From NCBI GenBank assembly GCA_015075425.1, contig JABTUL010000003.1, positions 216,693 through 280,692 on the forward strand: DNA of 64,000 nt. The letters run 5' to 3'. The number at the start of each line of letters is the position of its first letter. The first letter of the stretch is position 1. The position numbers were made by a program, and so were the translations under genes. Source of the stretch: Spirochaetales bacterium (lineage in GTDB: Bacteria > Spirochaetota > Leptospiria > Leptospirales > Leptonemataceae). Below the pieces are notes generated by a model. The model had not been told where the DNA came from and made no database searches. It was given only the letters and a program-made list of their open reading frames with translations. Below, piece by piece: positions 1-8,492 of the stretch.

Positions 1-1767
1 CGTAACGGTCTGGGCCACATTCCAGTTCCCTGTCGTGAAGGTGAGCTGTATGGGCAGGGCAGAGCCATTGGTCTGGATCTGATTGTCAGGTGTGATGGTC
101 ACAATCACGTCGTCCGTGGGCGCATTGGTCAAAACAACGCTGTAGCTATCCGTTGCCCCGCTCTCCACGACCGCTGTACTGAAGGCAGATTCCGTAATCA
201 CCACGCCTTGATCATTGTCCGTCAGGTTTGCTGTGACCGTTGGCACGCTTAGATCGTTATACAGCGGGTCTGCGCTTGACGTGGAATGAAAGATGTAACC
301 GGCATGCGGCGAGGATTCCGCAACGGTGTCATCGACGGCCGCAACTGTAATGGACTGTGGCGTACTCCAGTTGACCGTGGTGAAGATGCGATTCTGGAAG
401 GGAACAGCATTCACTGTAACTTGAGAAGTGGCAGCGACACTGACCACAACGTTGGCTGTTGGCGCGGAGCCCAGGACTATCGTGTAACTGTCATTCGCGC
501 CTCCCTCTGTTGCATTAAGGCTTGTTGCAGACAAAATAACACTTCCGCCATCGTTATCCGTGATGCTGACATTGACTGCAGCAATGCCTGTGCCGTGGTA
601 GAAGGCATCGCTGCTGCTGGCCGCATGGGTAATTGTGCCCGCATGAGCGCCTTCCACCGTGCCATCGTCCACGGCATCGACGTAAACGATTTGCGGTGTG
701 TACCAACACTGCGATCCAGGGCAGGTTGTGTCAAAAGTAAGCGTCGCCGATGAACTGCCATTGATCTGAGTTTGCGCATCAGCAGTAAGCGTGATCTGAA
801 CACTGGCCGTGGGTTGACTGGTGAGAACTACCGTGTAGCCATCGCTTACGCCACCTTCGGTAACGGAGGTGTTGCCGCTTGATTCAGCAATGCTCACGCC
901 GGCGCTGTCATTGTCCACGATGGAAACACTGACCTGATTAACGGCAATACCGTTGTACGCCACCTGAGCGCTGGATACGGAGTGGGTGATGGTTCCGGAG
1001 TGGGCTCCCTCGGCGATGGCGTCATCAACGGCGCTGACGGTGACAATCTGTGGTGTGGACCAGCAATTTGGTCCCGGACAGGCAGCGTCAAAGGTAAGAT
1101 TGGCTGTTGAGCCGCCATTGACTTCGAGCTGTGTCCCTCCTTGAACGGTTACTGTAACCGTAGCCAGTGGCTCACTGGTCAGCACAAGGCTGTAGGTGTC
1201 GTTGGCTCCGGCTTCCGTGACGGCCACCGAGCCCAATTCATCCACGGAAACAGCGGCAACATCATCATCGGTGTAAAGCACCGTAACGGAGCGGACGGAG
1301 AGAGCGGAGAAATTGGAATCCGTGGAGGAAACACTGTGGGTGATCTCCAGACTTTGCAGGCCACTGGCATTGCCATCATTGACGGCCGCAACCTGTATGG
1401 TTTGTTGCGTGAACCAGCAATTTGCCGGGCAATCCGGCTCAAAAGTAAGGACGATCGGTGTGGTGGAACCGTTTACGGTCAAACCTGTCGGTGGAGTCAC
1501 TGTAATCTGAACCGTAGAGGCAGGCTGCACCCCGAGGACAATGTAGTAAGAATCGTCAGCGCCGTTTTCCGTGACGGCGGTGCTGCCACCTGATTCCACA
1601 ATCTGCACCTTTTCCGGTGCCGGGGATCCCCCGTCACCGCCCAGAAGCAGCAGGAATTGGGCCGGGTTGAAACCGGGGAAGGGCATAGCGCAGGCAGAAA
1701 GGAAAAAAGCTCCCAGCCAGGTAGCAGTTATCCTGCCGATGTTCCTCCAGATCCGTCTTCTGCGCAT
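1..1767 (-). CDS. Large repetitive surface lipoprotein with Calx-beta-like beta-sandwich repeats; N-terminal part only, the C-terminus lies beyond the window start
   Basis: Absent from the ORF track because there is no stop in the window. The reverse frame ending at nt 1 is open for 589 codons from the ATG at 1765-1767. N-terminus MRRRRIWRNIGRITATWLGAFFLSAC is a signal peptide plus lipobox. It is followed by about 5 modules of about 117 aa (period about 350 nt) with the recurring motif LTF-x-x-CP-x3-CW-x-TPQ-x-V-x-V-x-AVDD-x3-EG-x-H-x-G-x-I-x-H. Confidence 0.75.
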   Translation of the reverse strand, partial: MRRRRIWRNIGRITATWLGAFFLSACAMPFPGFNPAQFLLLLGGDGGSPAPEKVQIVESGGSTAVTENGADDSYYIVLGVQPASTVQITVTPPTGLTVNGSTTPIVLTFEPDCPANCWFTQQTIQVAAVNDGNASGLQSLEITHSVSSTDSNFSALSVRSVTVLYTDDDVAAVSVDELGSVAVTEAGANDTYSLVLTSEPLATVTVTVQGGTQLEVNGGSTANLTFDAACPGPNCWSTPQIVTVSAVDDAIAEGAHSGTITHSVSSAQVAYNGIAVNQVSVSIVDNDSAGVSIAESSGNTSVTEGGVSDGYTVVLTSQPTASVQITLTADAQTQINGSSSATLTFDTTCPGSQCWYTPQIVYVDAVDDGTVEGAHAGTITHAASSSDAFYHGTGIAAVNVSITDNDGGSVILSATSLNATEGGANDSYTIVLGSAPTANVVVSVAATSQVTVNAVPFQNRIFTTVNWSTPQSITVAAVDDTVAESSPHAGYIFHSTSSADPLYNDLSVPTVTANLTDNDQGVVITESAFSTAVVESGATDSYSVVLTNAPTDDVIVTITPDNQIQTNGSALPIQLTFTTGNWNVAQTVT

Positions 1768-1836
1768 TGTATATGAGATCTTCTACCGTAAATAACAGGG
1801 TAACAAGCCTTTTTTGCCAAAAATATCCGGGAAACT

Positions 1837-3618
1837 TTACGACGGAGTTTCTGGCTGCTGCTCCGGCGGGAAGGAAAAGGCACCCGCCAGCGCCGGGTCC
1901 AGAGAGGAAGCCTCAAGCTCCAGCCGACTTTGTGGTGGCCGCAGTTTCAAGTCCACGGCCAGACGACGTCCAATTCCCGGAAGCTTGGATAGGGCCCGGC
2001 TGTCCAGGGTAGCTATATGGATCGGATGACCCAGGCCCAGAAGGCTTCTCTCTTCCGCACCCACAACGACGACATTTAGAGGAGTCTTCAGGGAAGGGAA
2101 GGCGACAGACCTGTCTCCTGTCGGGATCTTTACCGTAACCGGATAGCTCCCCAGTTGCCGGCCCAGATAGTAGCCCTGATTTTCTGCTTCCAGCAGCACA
2201 TCCTTTAATACCGTTCCCGGCGGAAAGACTCTTTGCAACATGGGCCGATCAATTTCCCGCCGGATCCGATCGCGGTAGTACAGAAATCTTTCATGCAGCC
2301 GCCCCGTTTCTTTGTGTTCGAGTCGAGAAAGTCTGGTGTTGCGGTAGCGGACAACCTGCCGAATATTGATGCGACGCAGTGATAGGCCCCGATCATAGAT
2401 TTCTTTCAGGAATAAATAGTTATTCTTAAATGTCTGATCCGTTTCTCCGGGGAGGCCGTGAATGAAGTTCAGTCCTGGAAGCAGTGCCGGAATTCCATTT
2501 TTGCGCCGGCCGCCGGCTTCATTGACCATGCGGACAGCAAGCAGTGCTTCTTCACGCGAACACTTCAAATGGTTTTTTGAAACGATCAAAGGATCGACGC
2601 TTTCGAGTCCCATAGCTGCTGTATCCCCGGCCGTATTGTAATGGGCAATGATTTCGAGTCCAGCCCGGGCTTCTTCCGGGAAGGTGGCAATGAGGCCGGG
2701 GTTGATATTATCCAGGTGTAAAAGCCGGAGATCGGGCGCGGAGCGGTGTATGGCTTGATAGAGTTCTGCAATTTTTTCCGGCTGCGGACGAGGGAAGCTG
2801 TTCTTCCAATCGGCCATCTGTGCCTGGTAGGTCAAGAGATCAGCCTGACGTCCCAGGCGAAAAAAGCGGTTTCCTGCCCGGGAAAGGGCAGCGACTTCTT
2901 CTTCGATTCCGTTGATGCTGCGGAACTCCGGGCGCCCGTAAAAGGCTTCCGTACAGAAGGAGCAGAAAACATCCCGGGTACAGCCGCGGTAGGTTTCGAT
3001 CTCACAGATCAGGTACGGAAAATTGGGGTGCAGTTGGCTGACAAAAGCACCGGCTGCGGCAAAGCGGTCCACTTCTTCATAGTGTCTTTTACGGGAAAGG
3101 TCGCGGGCCGTCGGTTGCTCCAGTTCCTTCCTCCATTCCTTGCGGGAAAAAGCCTGGTATAAGAACGATTCGATATCTCCGCGAACGATAACGCCTCCAA
3201 GTTCTGCGAGGTCAGATAGATGTTCACGACTGGCGTAGCGCAGCGGACCTCCCATTACCACGGGCAGTCGCTTTTTGCGGCAATCAGAAAGGAGGGTCTT
3301 CATTTCTGCCATCGTGCCGATTTTACCCCCCAGATACTTTCCCGGGACGGTGTGACCTCCGATCAGCACAACGGCCTGTGTTCCCTCCGGCAGCTCTCCA
3401 CCACGGGTGCGCCAGGCGTCTACGGTCTGGTAGGCAATCTGGTCGGCGGGAATTCCAGCACAGCGCAATGCTCCGGCGCTGTAGCGTACATAGGGCGACA
3501 GATAGGGCGGAACACCAAAGCAGGCCGGCTCATCCACATAGAAATCCAGCAGAAGAATCACGGCACCACAGAGTGCAATCGGGCAAAAATAGCAATCAAA
3601 AGGTGCTTTGCAAGGCAA
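1837..3618 (-). CDS. Radical SAM protein (COG1031-like, with C-terminal helix-hairpin-helix)
   Basis: 593-aa ORF. Cys cluster YRGCTRDVFCSFCTE. N-terminal LLLDFYVDEPACFGVPPYLSPYVRY is typical of this family. C-terminal LPGIGRRLA is a HhH motif. Confidence 0.8.
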   Translation of the reverse strand: MPCKAPFDCYFCPIALCGAVILLLDFYVDEPACFGVPPYLSPYVRYSAGALRCAGIPADQIAYQTVDAWRTRGGELPEGTQAVVLIGGHTVPGKYLGGKIGTMAEMKTLLSDCRKKRLPVVMGGPLRYASREHLSDLAELGGVIVRGDIESFLYQAFSRKEWRKELEQPTARDLSRKRHYEEVDRFAAAGAFVSQLHPNFPYLICEIETYRGCTRDVFCSFCTEAFYGRPEFRSINGIEEEVAALSRAGNRFFRLGRQADLLTYQAQMADWKNSFPRPQPEKIAELYQAIHRSAPDLRLLHLDNINPGLIATFPEEARAGLEIIAHYNTAGDTAAMGLESVDPLIVSKNHLKCSREEALLAVRMVNEAGGRRKNGIPALLPGLNFIHGLPGETDQTFKNNYLFLKEIYDRGLSLRRINIRQVVRYRNTRLSRLEHKETGRLHERFLYYRDRIRREIDRPMLQRVFPPGTVLKDVLLEAENQGYYLGRQLGSYPVTVKIPTGDRSVAFPSLKTPLNVVVVGAEERSLLGLGHPIHIATLDSRALSKLPGIGRRLAVDLKLRPPQSRLELEASSLDPALAGAFSFPPEQQPETPS

Positions 3619-3663
3619 CCTTGTTAACAGGCAATGTTTTGCGGCCTTTGAGCCTGAAGCATT

Positions 3664-6483
3664 GTGCAGTTCAAACAGTGGATACCGATCGGCCTGGCGT
3701 TCTGCCTGACTTTACCCCTGGCAGCCCAGGTGGAAGAGTTGAATCGTGCCCTCTCACACCCGCTTTTCAAGCAGTTGCGTCGCAGCCAGGAGAGCGGACT
3801 GAATTCCGTGCAGAAAAAACTTCTATCAGAGGCAATCGACCGGCTTTCAGAAGAGGAACTCAAAGCTGCACTCAGAGAGCTGGGCCTTGATGAAAGTGGC
3901 AGTGCTGAAGTTTTGCGTGAACGGCTCAAGCTTGCTTTAAAAGTAAAAGAGCCGGAAAATTTGCCTGATGCGCCAGCGCCGCCGCGCGTTGTAATCGAAA
4001 ACGCCAGCGAGGGCGAATTCATGCGCGGCAGCGAAGATGAGCGGGGACTGCTTATTCTTCGTGGCCGAATCCGGGTGCGCATTGGTGATGCTGTTTTCAC
4101 CGCAGATACGGTGATTGTGGACACAAGTCGCAAAGAAGTTTATGCCGAGGGAAATGTCGTCTACACTTCTCCGGAGAGCCAGATCAAAGCGGAGCGTTTT
4201 CTTTTCGATCAACGCCTGGGGACAGGGATCATTTATGGAGCGGAAGGCTACCAGCATCCGGTGTATTTCCGGGGTAAGAGCCTTTCGCGACTGGGTGAAG
4301 GCAAATTCGCCTTACGCAATGCCTTTTTTACCAGCTGTGCTGCGGAAAAGCCCCACTACAATTTTACCGCCCGGCGACTGTGGCTCTATGAGAACGATAA
4401 AATCGTGGCTACCGGCGTTTTGCTCTATGTGGGCGGGATTCCGGTGTTGCCTGTACCCTTTGTTTATGCTTCCGACTGGGGGACCGGAATCGTTTCGCAG
4501 ATGGGCGTGGGCCGGGTGCAGGGTTTTTTCTGGCAGAATATGTATCAGTTCAGTCAGCCATCGGCTTTTGCCAGCAGCTGGGCCCCCGTACACTATCGTT
4601 TTACTTATGATTACTATGAAAAGACAGGTCAGGTGGGTGGACTGACCCTTTCGCGCTTCTCACCCAACTTAAATTACTATATGGATCTGGGAATAGCTGA
4701 ATACCGTCGCTATGAAATCATTGCGGATTTCCGGGAAAAAGATCAGATTGATATTACCAATCAGATCAAGCAATCCGATGGAAGCTATGATCGTGAGCTG
4801 CGCCGCTGGCAAAAGGGCTTTGTTCTGCTCAACTACAAAGGGGGTGATGCGTCCAGAAACCAGGTCCGCAACGTGCAGTTACGCTATGAAAATTATACCC
4901 ATCGCCTTTATGAGTTCGAATACGGCTACCGTTATATGCCAGCCAGCACCATACCGGCCCTCTACCAGAACAATGAAGCCGGGCGTGGCCTGATTCGTAA
5001 TGACCTGGACTGGAATTTTACCTACAATGAAAGTTTCGATGACCTGCGGCTGCGCGTGGCGGCCAGCCGCAAAAAGATCTGGCGCGAATCAAGTACAGCT
5101 ACCAACTCAAAGTACATCCCGACTGAGGATGTAGCCCCGCAACTGTCTCTGGACAAAAATACTCTCCTTGGCACGATTCCTGGAACTACAGCGGCAGTCT
5201 ACTGGGACAATCACATAGGAACACAGAGTCGGCGCATTTATACCCAGAAGCCGGAGAGGCCATCGGTCAGCATCCAGTATGCGGAATTCCAGACAATGAT
5301 CACGAGTGAAGCCAAAAGCTCTTTTCGCACTTTCTTTGCGCCCGGCCCCTATTTGAGTTTCGAGCCTCGCGCCGGCTACGGTGTGCAGCGCAGCACGGTG
5401 AGTGGCAATCCAGAATTCATGAGCGTGGAAAACCAGACCAATTTGCGTGATCAGGCCCGTCGCAGCAGCTATGAGTATTTCTTTACAGAAGATGCGCTGA
5501 CGCTGGGTCCGGACCGATTGTTTTTGCGGGCGACCTACCGTTTTAAGGAATCACAGAAGGAAGAGCAGAAAGATGTCCCCACGGCCAATCCCACTCGTTT
5601 TGAGAATCGCCAGAAAATCAATGAAACCGAACTGAATCTGGAGACCAGACCCATGACGGGGATGCGGTTGGCCCTTACCGGGATCTATGATCATCGCACC
5701 TACCTGTACGACATCAGTGAAGGGAACCGCTGGTACTATCCGGTTCTGCGTTCTGATATTTATATTGATTTTCTGAATCCTTTAAGGCCGCGACGCGAGA
5801 ATTTGCTGAGCCGCCAGAAGATCCATTTTCTGGGACTTCGGTTGACCAATGATTACGTGTACAATGTGCGTGATCAGCGCGATCACTCCAGCGTGACCGG
5901 AGTTTCTTTTGAGGCCGGCGGTTTTGACCTGTGGTTGCTTGAAAGGCTTCGATTCCTGGAAATCACTTTTTACTGGTACCGCGTCTACTTTGATCGTTCA
6001 CTGGATCACATGCGTTATTCCGCAAAGGCGGATATCCAGCTCAGTAGAACCATTTTCCTCGAATTTGAAATTGAATCAAGAGCCACGGATGTCGAGCGCT
6101 ACGATCGCCACTCACGCGATGAAAACGGACAGAGTAATTACGTACCCTTTGAAACCGATGTGGCCAACGGTCTGGGTTTGAATGGCAATCGCAAACGCAA
6201 AGAAACCGTTTTCAATGTCGGTTACATGGAATCAGCTCTGGTATTTGATTTGCACGAATGGGAACTGCGACTGGGATATGCTCTGGAGCAACGCAGTCTG
6301 TTTGCCGGAGTGAATACTCGTGAAGTAGTTACTTTCTACGATAATAAATTATTCTTCAGTCTGACCCTGCTGCGTTTTGATCTGGCCGGCCCCGCAGACC
6401 GTCCCAGTCGCTATCTTATCAATCGTAGCCGGGTGCGCCCTGGAGATATTGGTCGGGCATCCTACGGGGCATCGGGGCGATGA
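3664..6483 (+). CDS. lptD: LPS-assembly outer membrane protein LptD/OstA family, with an N-terminal SAP-like motif
   Basis: 939-aa ORF with a GTG start and a signal peptide (LPLAAQ). OstA_N-like segment LILRGRIRVRIGDAVFTADTVIVDTSRKEVYAEGNVVY. LptD core motif FTSCAAEKPHYNFTARRLWLYENDKIVATGVLLYVGGIPVLPVPFVY. Long beta-rich C-terminus. Confidence 0.75.
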   Translation: MQFKQWIPIGLAFCLTLPLAAQVEELNRALSHPLFKQLRRSQESGLNSVQKKLLSEAIDRLSEEELKAALRELGLDESGSAEVLRERLKLALKVKEPENLPDAPAPPRVVIENASEGEFMRGSEDERGLLILRGRIRVRIGDAVFTADTVIVDTSRKEVYAEGNVVYTSPESQIKAERFLFDQRLGTGIIYGAEGYQHPVYFRGKSLSRLGEGKFALRNAFFTSCAAEKPHYNFTARRLWLYENDKIVATGVLLYVGGIPVLPVPFVYASDWGTGIVSQMGVGRVQGFFWQNMYQFSQPSAFASSWAPVHYRFTYDYYEKTGQVGGLTLSRFSPNLNYYMDLGIAEYRRYEIIADFREKDQIDITNQIKQSDGSYDRELRRWQKGFVLLNYKGGDASRNQVRNVQLRYENYTHRLYEFEYGYRYMPASTIPALYQNNEAGRGLIRNDLDWNFTYNESFDDLRLRVAASRKKIWRESSTATNSKYIPTEDVAPQLSLDKNTLLGTIPGTTAAVYWDNHIGTQSRRIYTQKPERPSVSIQYAEFQTMITSEAKSSFRTFFAPGPYLSFEPRAGYGVQRSTVSGNPEFMSVENQTNLRDQARRSSYEYFFTEDALTLGPDRLFLRATYRFKESQKEEQKDVPTANPTRFENRQKINETELNLETRPMTGMRLALTGIYDHRTYLYDISEGNRWYYPVLRSDIYIDFLNPLRPRRENLLSRQKIHFLGLRLTNDYVYNVRDQRDHSSVTGVSFEAGGFDLWLLERLRFLEITFYWYRVYFDRSLDHMRYSAKADIQLSRTIFLEFEIESRATDVERYDRHSRDENGQSNYVPFETDVANGLGLNGNRKRKETVFNVGYMESALVFDLHEWELRLGYALEQRSLFAGVNTREVVTFYDNKLFFSLTLLRFDLAGPADRPSRYLINRSRVRPGDIGRASYGASGR

Positions 6484-7925
6484 TCCGGGAAAGGAATCAG
6501 AGCTTCAAGCTGGCGCTGATTGCCCTCGATTTTTCAGCCGTTTTCTTTGCTTTTATCCTGGCTTTTGTTGTGCATTTTCGCTTTCTCTTTCCGGAGCGTT
6601 TGCCGGAGGTTGTTGCCACGGGGGAAACCCTGGCTTTTCTGGGTCTGGACAGTGCGCAGGCACAGGGGATTTTCTCCTACTTTGTTCTGGGCCTCACCAT
6701 GGCCGTCTCCCAGATCATTGTTTTTATCGCTCTCGACCAGTATCGGCCACGGCGCGGTCAGTTGCCGCTGCGTGAAGTGGTCTCGATTTTTCGCGGTGTC
6801 CTCATCAATCTGGCGGTAATTCTCGCGCTGCTTTTCTTTTATCGGGGCGTGAGTTTCTCGCGCGGGGTGCTGGCCCTTTCTACGGTTTTCAGCGCCGTGC
6901 TGATCAGTGTGGCCCATTACGCTTTCCGGCGGCTCATGGAAAAGTTGCGCGCCAGAGGTTTCAATACCCGCGATGTTTTGATTCTGGGAACCGGAAGACT
7001 GGCCCGGCGTTTTTTTGATATTCTCTCGCGACATTCCATCTATGGCTATCGTGTGCTGGGCTTTCTGGGACCGGTGCGGGGGGCAGATCCCTCACTGCGC
7101 AAGTTGATTCTGGGTCCGGTGGGGCAACTAAAAAATGCGACGGTCCGCTACCGGCCACAAATGGTTGTGTATGCGCTGCCGCTTCAGACGGAAATGTTGC
7201 GGCCGGTTATCGACCATTGCGATCAAGAGGGACTTGATTTACGTATTGTACCGGATCTGCTGGAGCTGGTTACTCATCGCGCTTCCATTGCTGATATGGA
7301 TGGACTGCCCATCCTCACTCTGCACGATATACCCTTAAAGAATGGTTACAATCGCTTTCTCAAAAGAGCTTTCGATGTTATGGTTTCCGCGACAGCGATA
7401 CTGTTGTTTTCTCCGCTGATTATTCTTCTGGCTATATTGATAAAAGTTACATCGCCGGGTCCGGTTTTCTTTCGCCAGGAACGCGTGGGCCTGGACCATC
7501 GCACCTTTGATTTAATAAAATTTCGAACCATGGAAGTTGTGGCCCGCAGCCAGTCTGATACCACCTGGAGTTCTGGCGAAGATAATCGAATTACACCCAT
7601 GGGACGATTTTTGCGCAAAACCAGCCTCGATGAGTTGCCGCAACTCTGGAATGTTCTGTGCGGCGACATGTCGATCGTCGGGCCGCGGCCGGAGCGCATG
7701 CATTTTGTTCAGAAATTTAAAAATCAATATCATCAGTATATGCGTCGCCACACAGTAAAGGCTGGCCTCACCGGCTGGGCTCAGGTTAAGGGGCTGCGCG
7801 GCGATACATCCATCGAAAAGAGGGTGGAAGCCGATATTTATTACATTGAAAACTGGAGTTTCTGGTTTGATATTATGATTATTCTTAAAACAATTCCCGC
7901 TCTGTTTAAATTTCCAGGGGAATAA
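6480..7925 (+). CDS. Polyprenyl-phosphate glycosylphosphotransferase (WbaP/WcaJ bacterial sugar transferase family)
   Basis: 481 aa with N-terminal TM helices. C-terminal hallmark KRAFDVMVSATAILLFSPLIILLAILIKVTSPGPVFFRQERVG...FDLIKFRTM...DELPQLWNVLCGDMSIVGPRPE. The ATG overlaps the lptD stop (ATGA). Confidence 0.88.
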   Translation: MIRERNQSFKLALIALDFSAVFFAFILAFVVHFRFLFPERLPEVVATGETLAFLGLDSAQAQGIFSYFVLGLTMAVSQIIVFIALDQYRPRRGQLPLREVVSIFRGVLINLAVILALLFFYRGVSFSRGVLALSTVFSAVLISVAHYAFRRLMEKLRARGFNTRDVLILGTGRLARRFFDILSRHSIYGYRVLGFLGPVRGADPSLRKLILGPVGQLKNATVRYRPQMVVYALPLQTEMLRPVIDHCDQEGLDLRIVPDLLELVTHRASIADMDGLPILTLHDIPLKNGYNRFLKRAFDVMVSATAILLFSPLIILLAILIKVTSPGPVFFRQERVGLDHRTFDLIKFRTMEVVARSQSDTTWSSGEDNRITPMGRFLRKTSLDELPQLWNVLCGDMSIVGPRPERMHFVQKFKNQYHQYMRRHTVKAGLTGWAQVKGLRGDTSIEKRVEADIYYIENWSFWFDIMIILKTIPALFKFPGE

Positions 7926-8409
7926 AGAGGCCCAGGCGGATCCCTGCTCCTTGATTTACAAAGTCCCCGTCACTCAATAGTTCAACAGTGGGTGTGTATT
8001 TTTCTTCGCTGATGAGATGGGCCGTATAAAAAAGACTTCCGACACTCAGGCCCAGATGAAAGGCTATAAAGGCCCGGCTTGCCGCAAGACGTCGGTCCGC
8101 TTTCTTTTGTAGATCACGGGCATTTACCGGCCCGGATACAGGATCCAGAAAAAGTCGGCCAGGGCCGTAGAGGAGCTCCGCCAGACGAGCGGCGCGTGCC
8201 CGGGATTTTAGCTCCTGATGCTCTACATAGCTATCAAAGGCCAGGTAGGCACTGCTCAAGCGCCCGGCGGCAATGAGCCCGCCCGACACATAGCGCTCTC
8301 GAGAGAGCGCTCCGTAGCCAGGCAGGAGAACGTCCAGCAAGAGTTCTCTGGCCATAGTGGGACCATTCAGAGCAAGAAAAAGGAGCAGGACACAGGGCAG
8401 TCGGTGCAT
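7906..8409 (-). CDS. Hypothetical secreted/envelope protein
   Basis: 167-aa ORF with signal peptide MHRLPCVLLLFLALNGPTMA. No recognisable family. Its 3' end overlaps the convergent sugar-transferase gene by 20 nt. Confidence 0.5.
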   Translation of the reverse strand: MHRLPCVLLLFLALNGPTMARELLLDVLLPGYGALSRERYVSGGLIAAGRLSSAYLAFDSYVEHQELKSRARAARLAELLYGPGRLFLDPVSGPVNARDLQKKADRRLAASRAFIAFHLGLSVGSLFYTAHLISEEKYTPTVELLSDGDFVNQGAGIRLGLFIPLEI

Positions 8410-8426
8410 GCAAACGTGGTCTTCCG

Positions 8427-8455
8427 TTGACCGTGCAGGGCAAGCGCTTTAGAAT
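8427..8455 (+). promoter_or_regulatory. Sigma70-type promoter candidate for the cyclase gene
   Basis: TTGACC (8427-8432), 17-nt spacer, TAGAAT (8450-8455). It lies about 40 nt upstream of the ATG at 8493, which is preceded by GAGGAAGG. Confidence 0.45.
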
Positions 8456-8492
8456 GGCTTGCTTTTTCTAAAGTCAGAGGAAGGCTGCCGGA

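Noticed and set aside
3624-4133. 169-aa Ser/Arg-rich ORF antisense to the 5' end of the lptD-like gene
   Set aside because: Low-complexity antisense artefact. The sense frame has a signal peptide, the SAP-like motif and the OstA_N domain.
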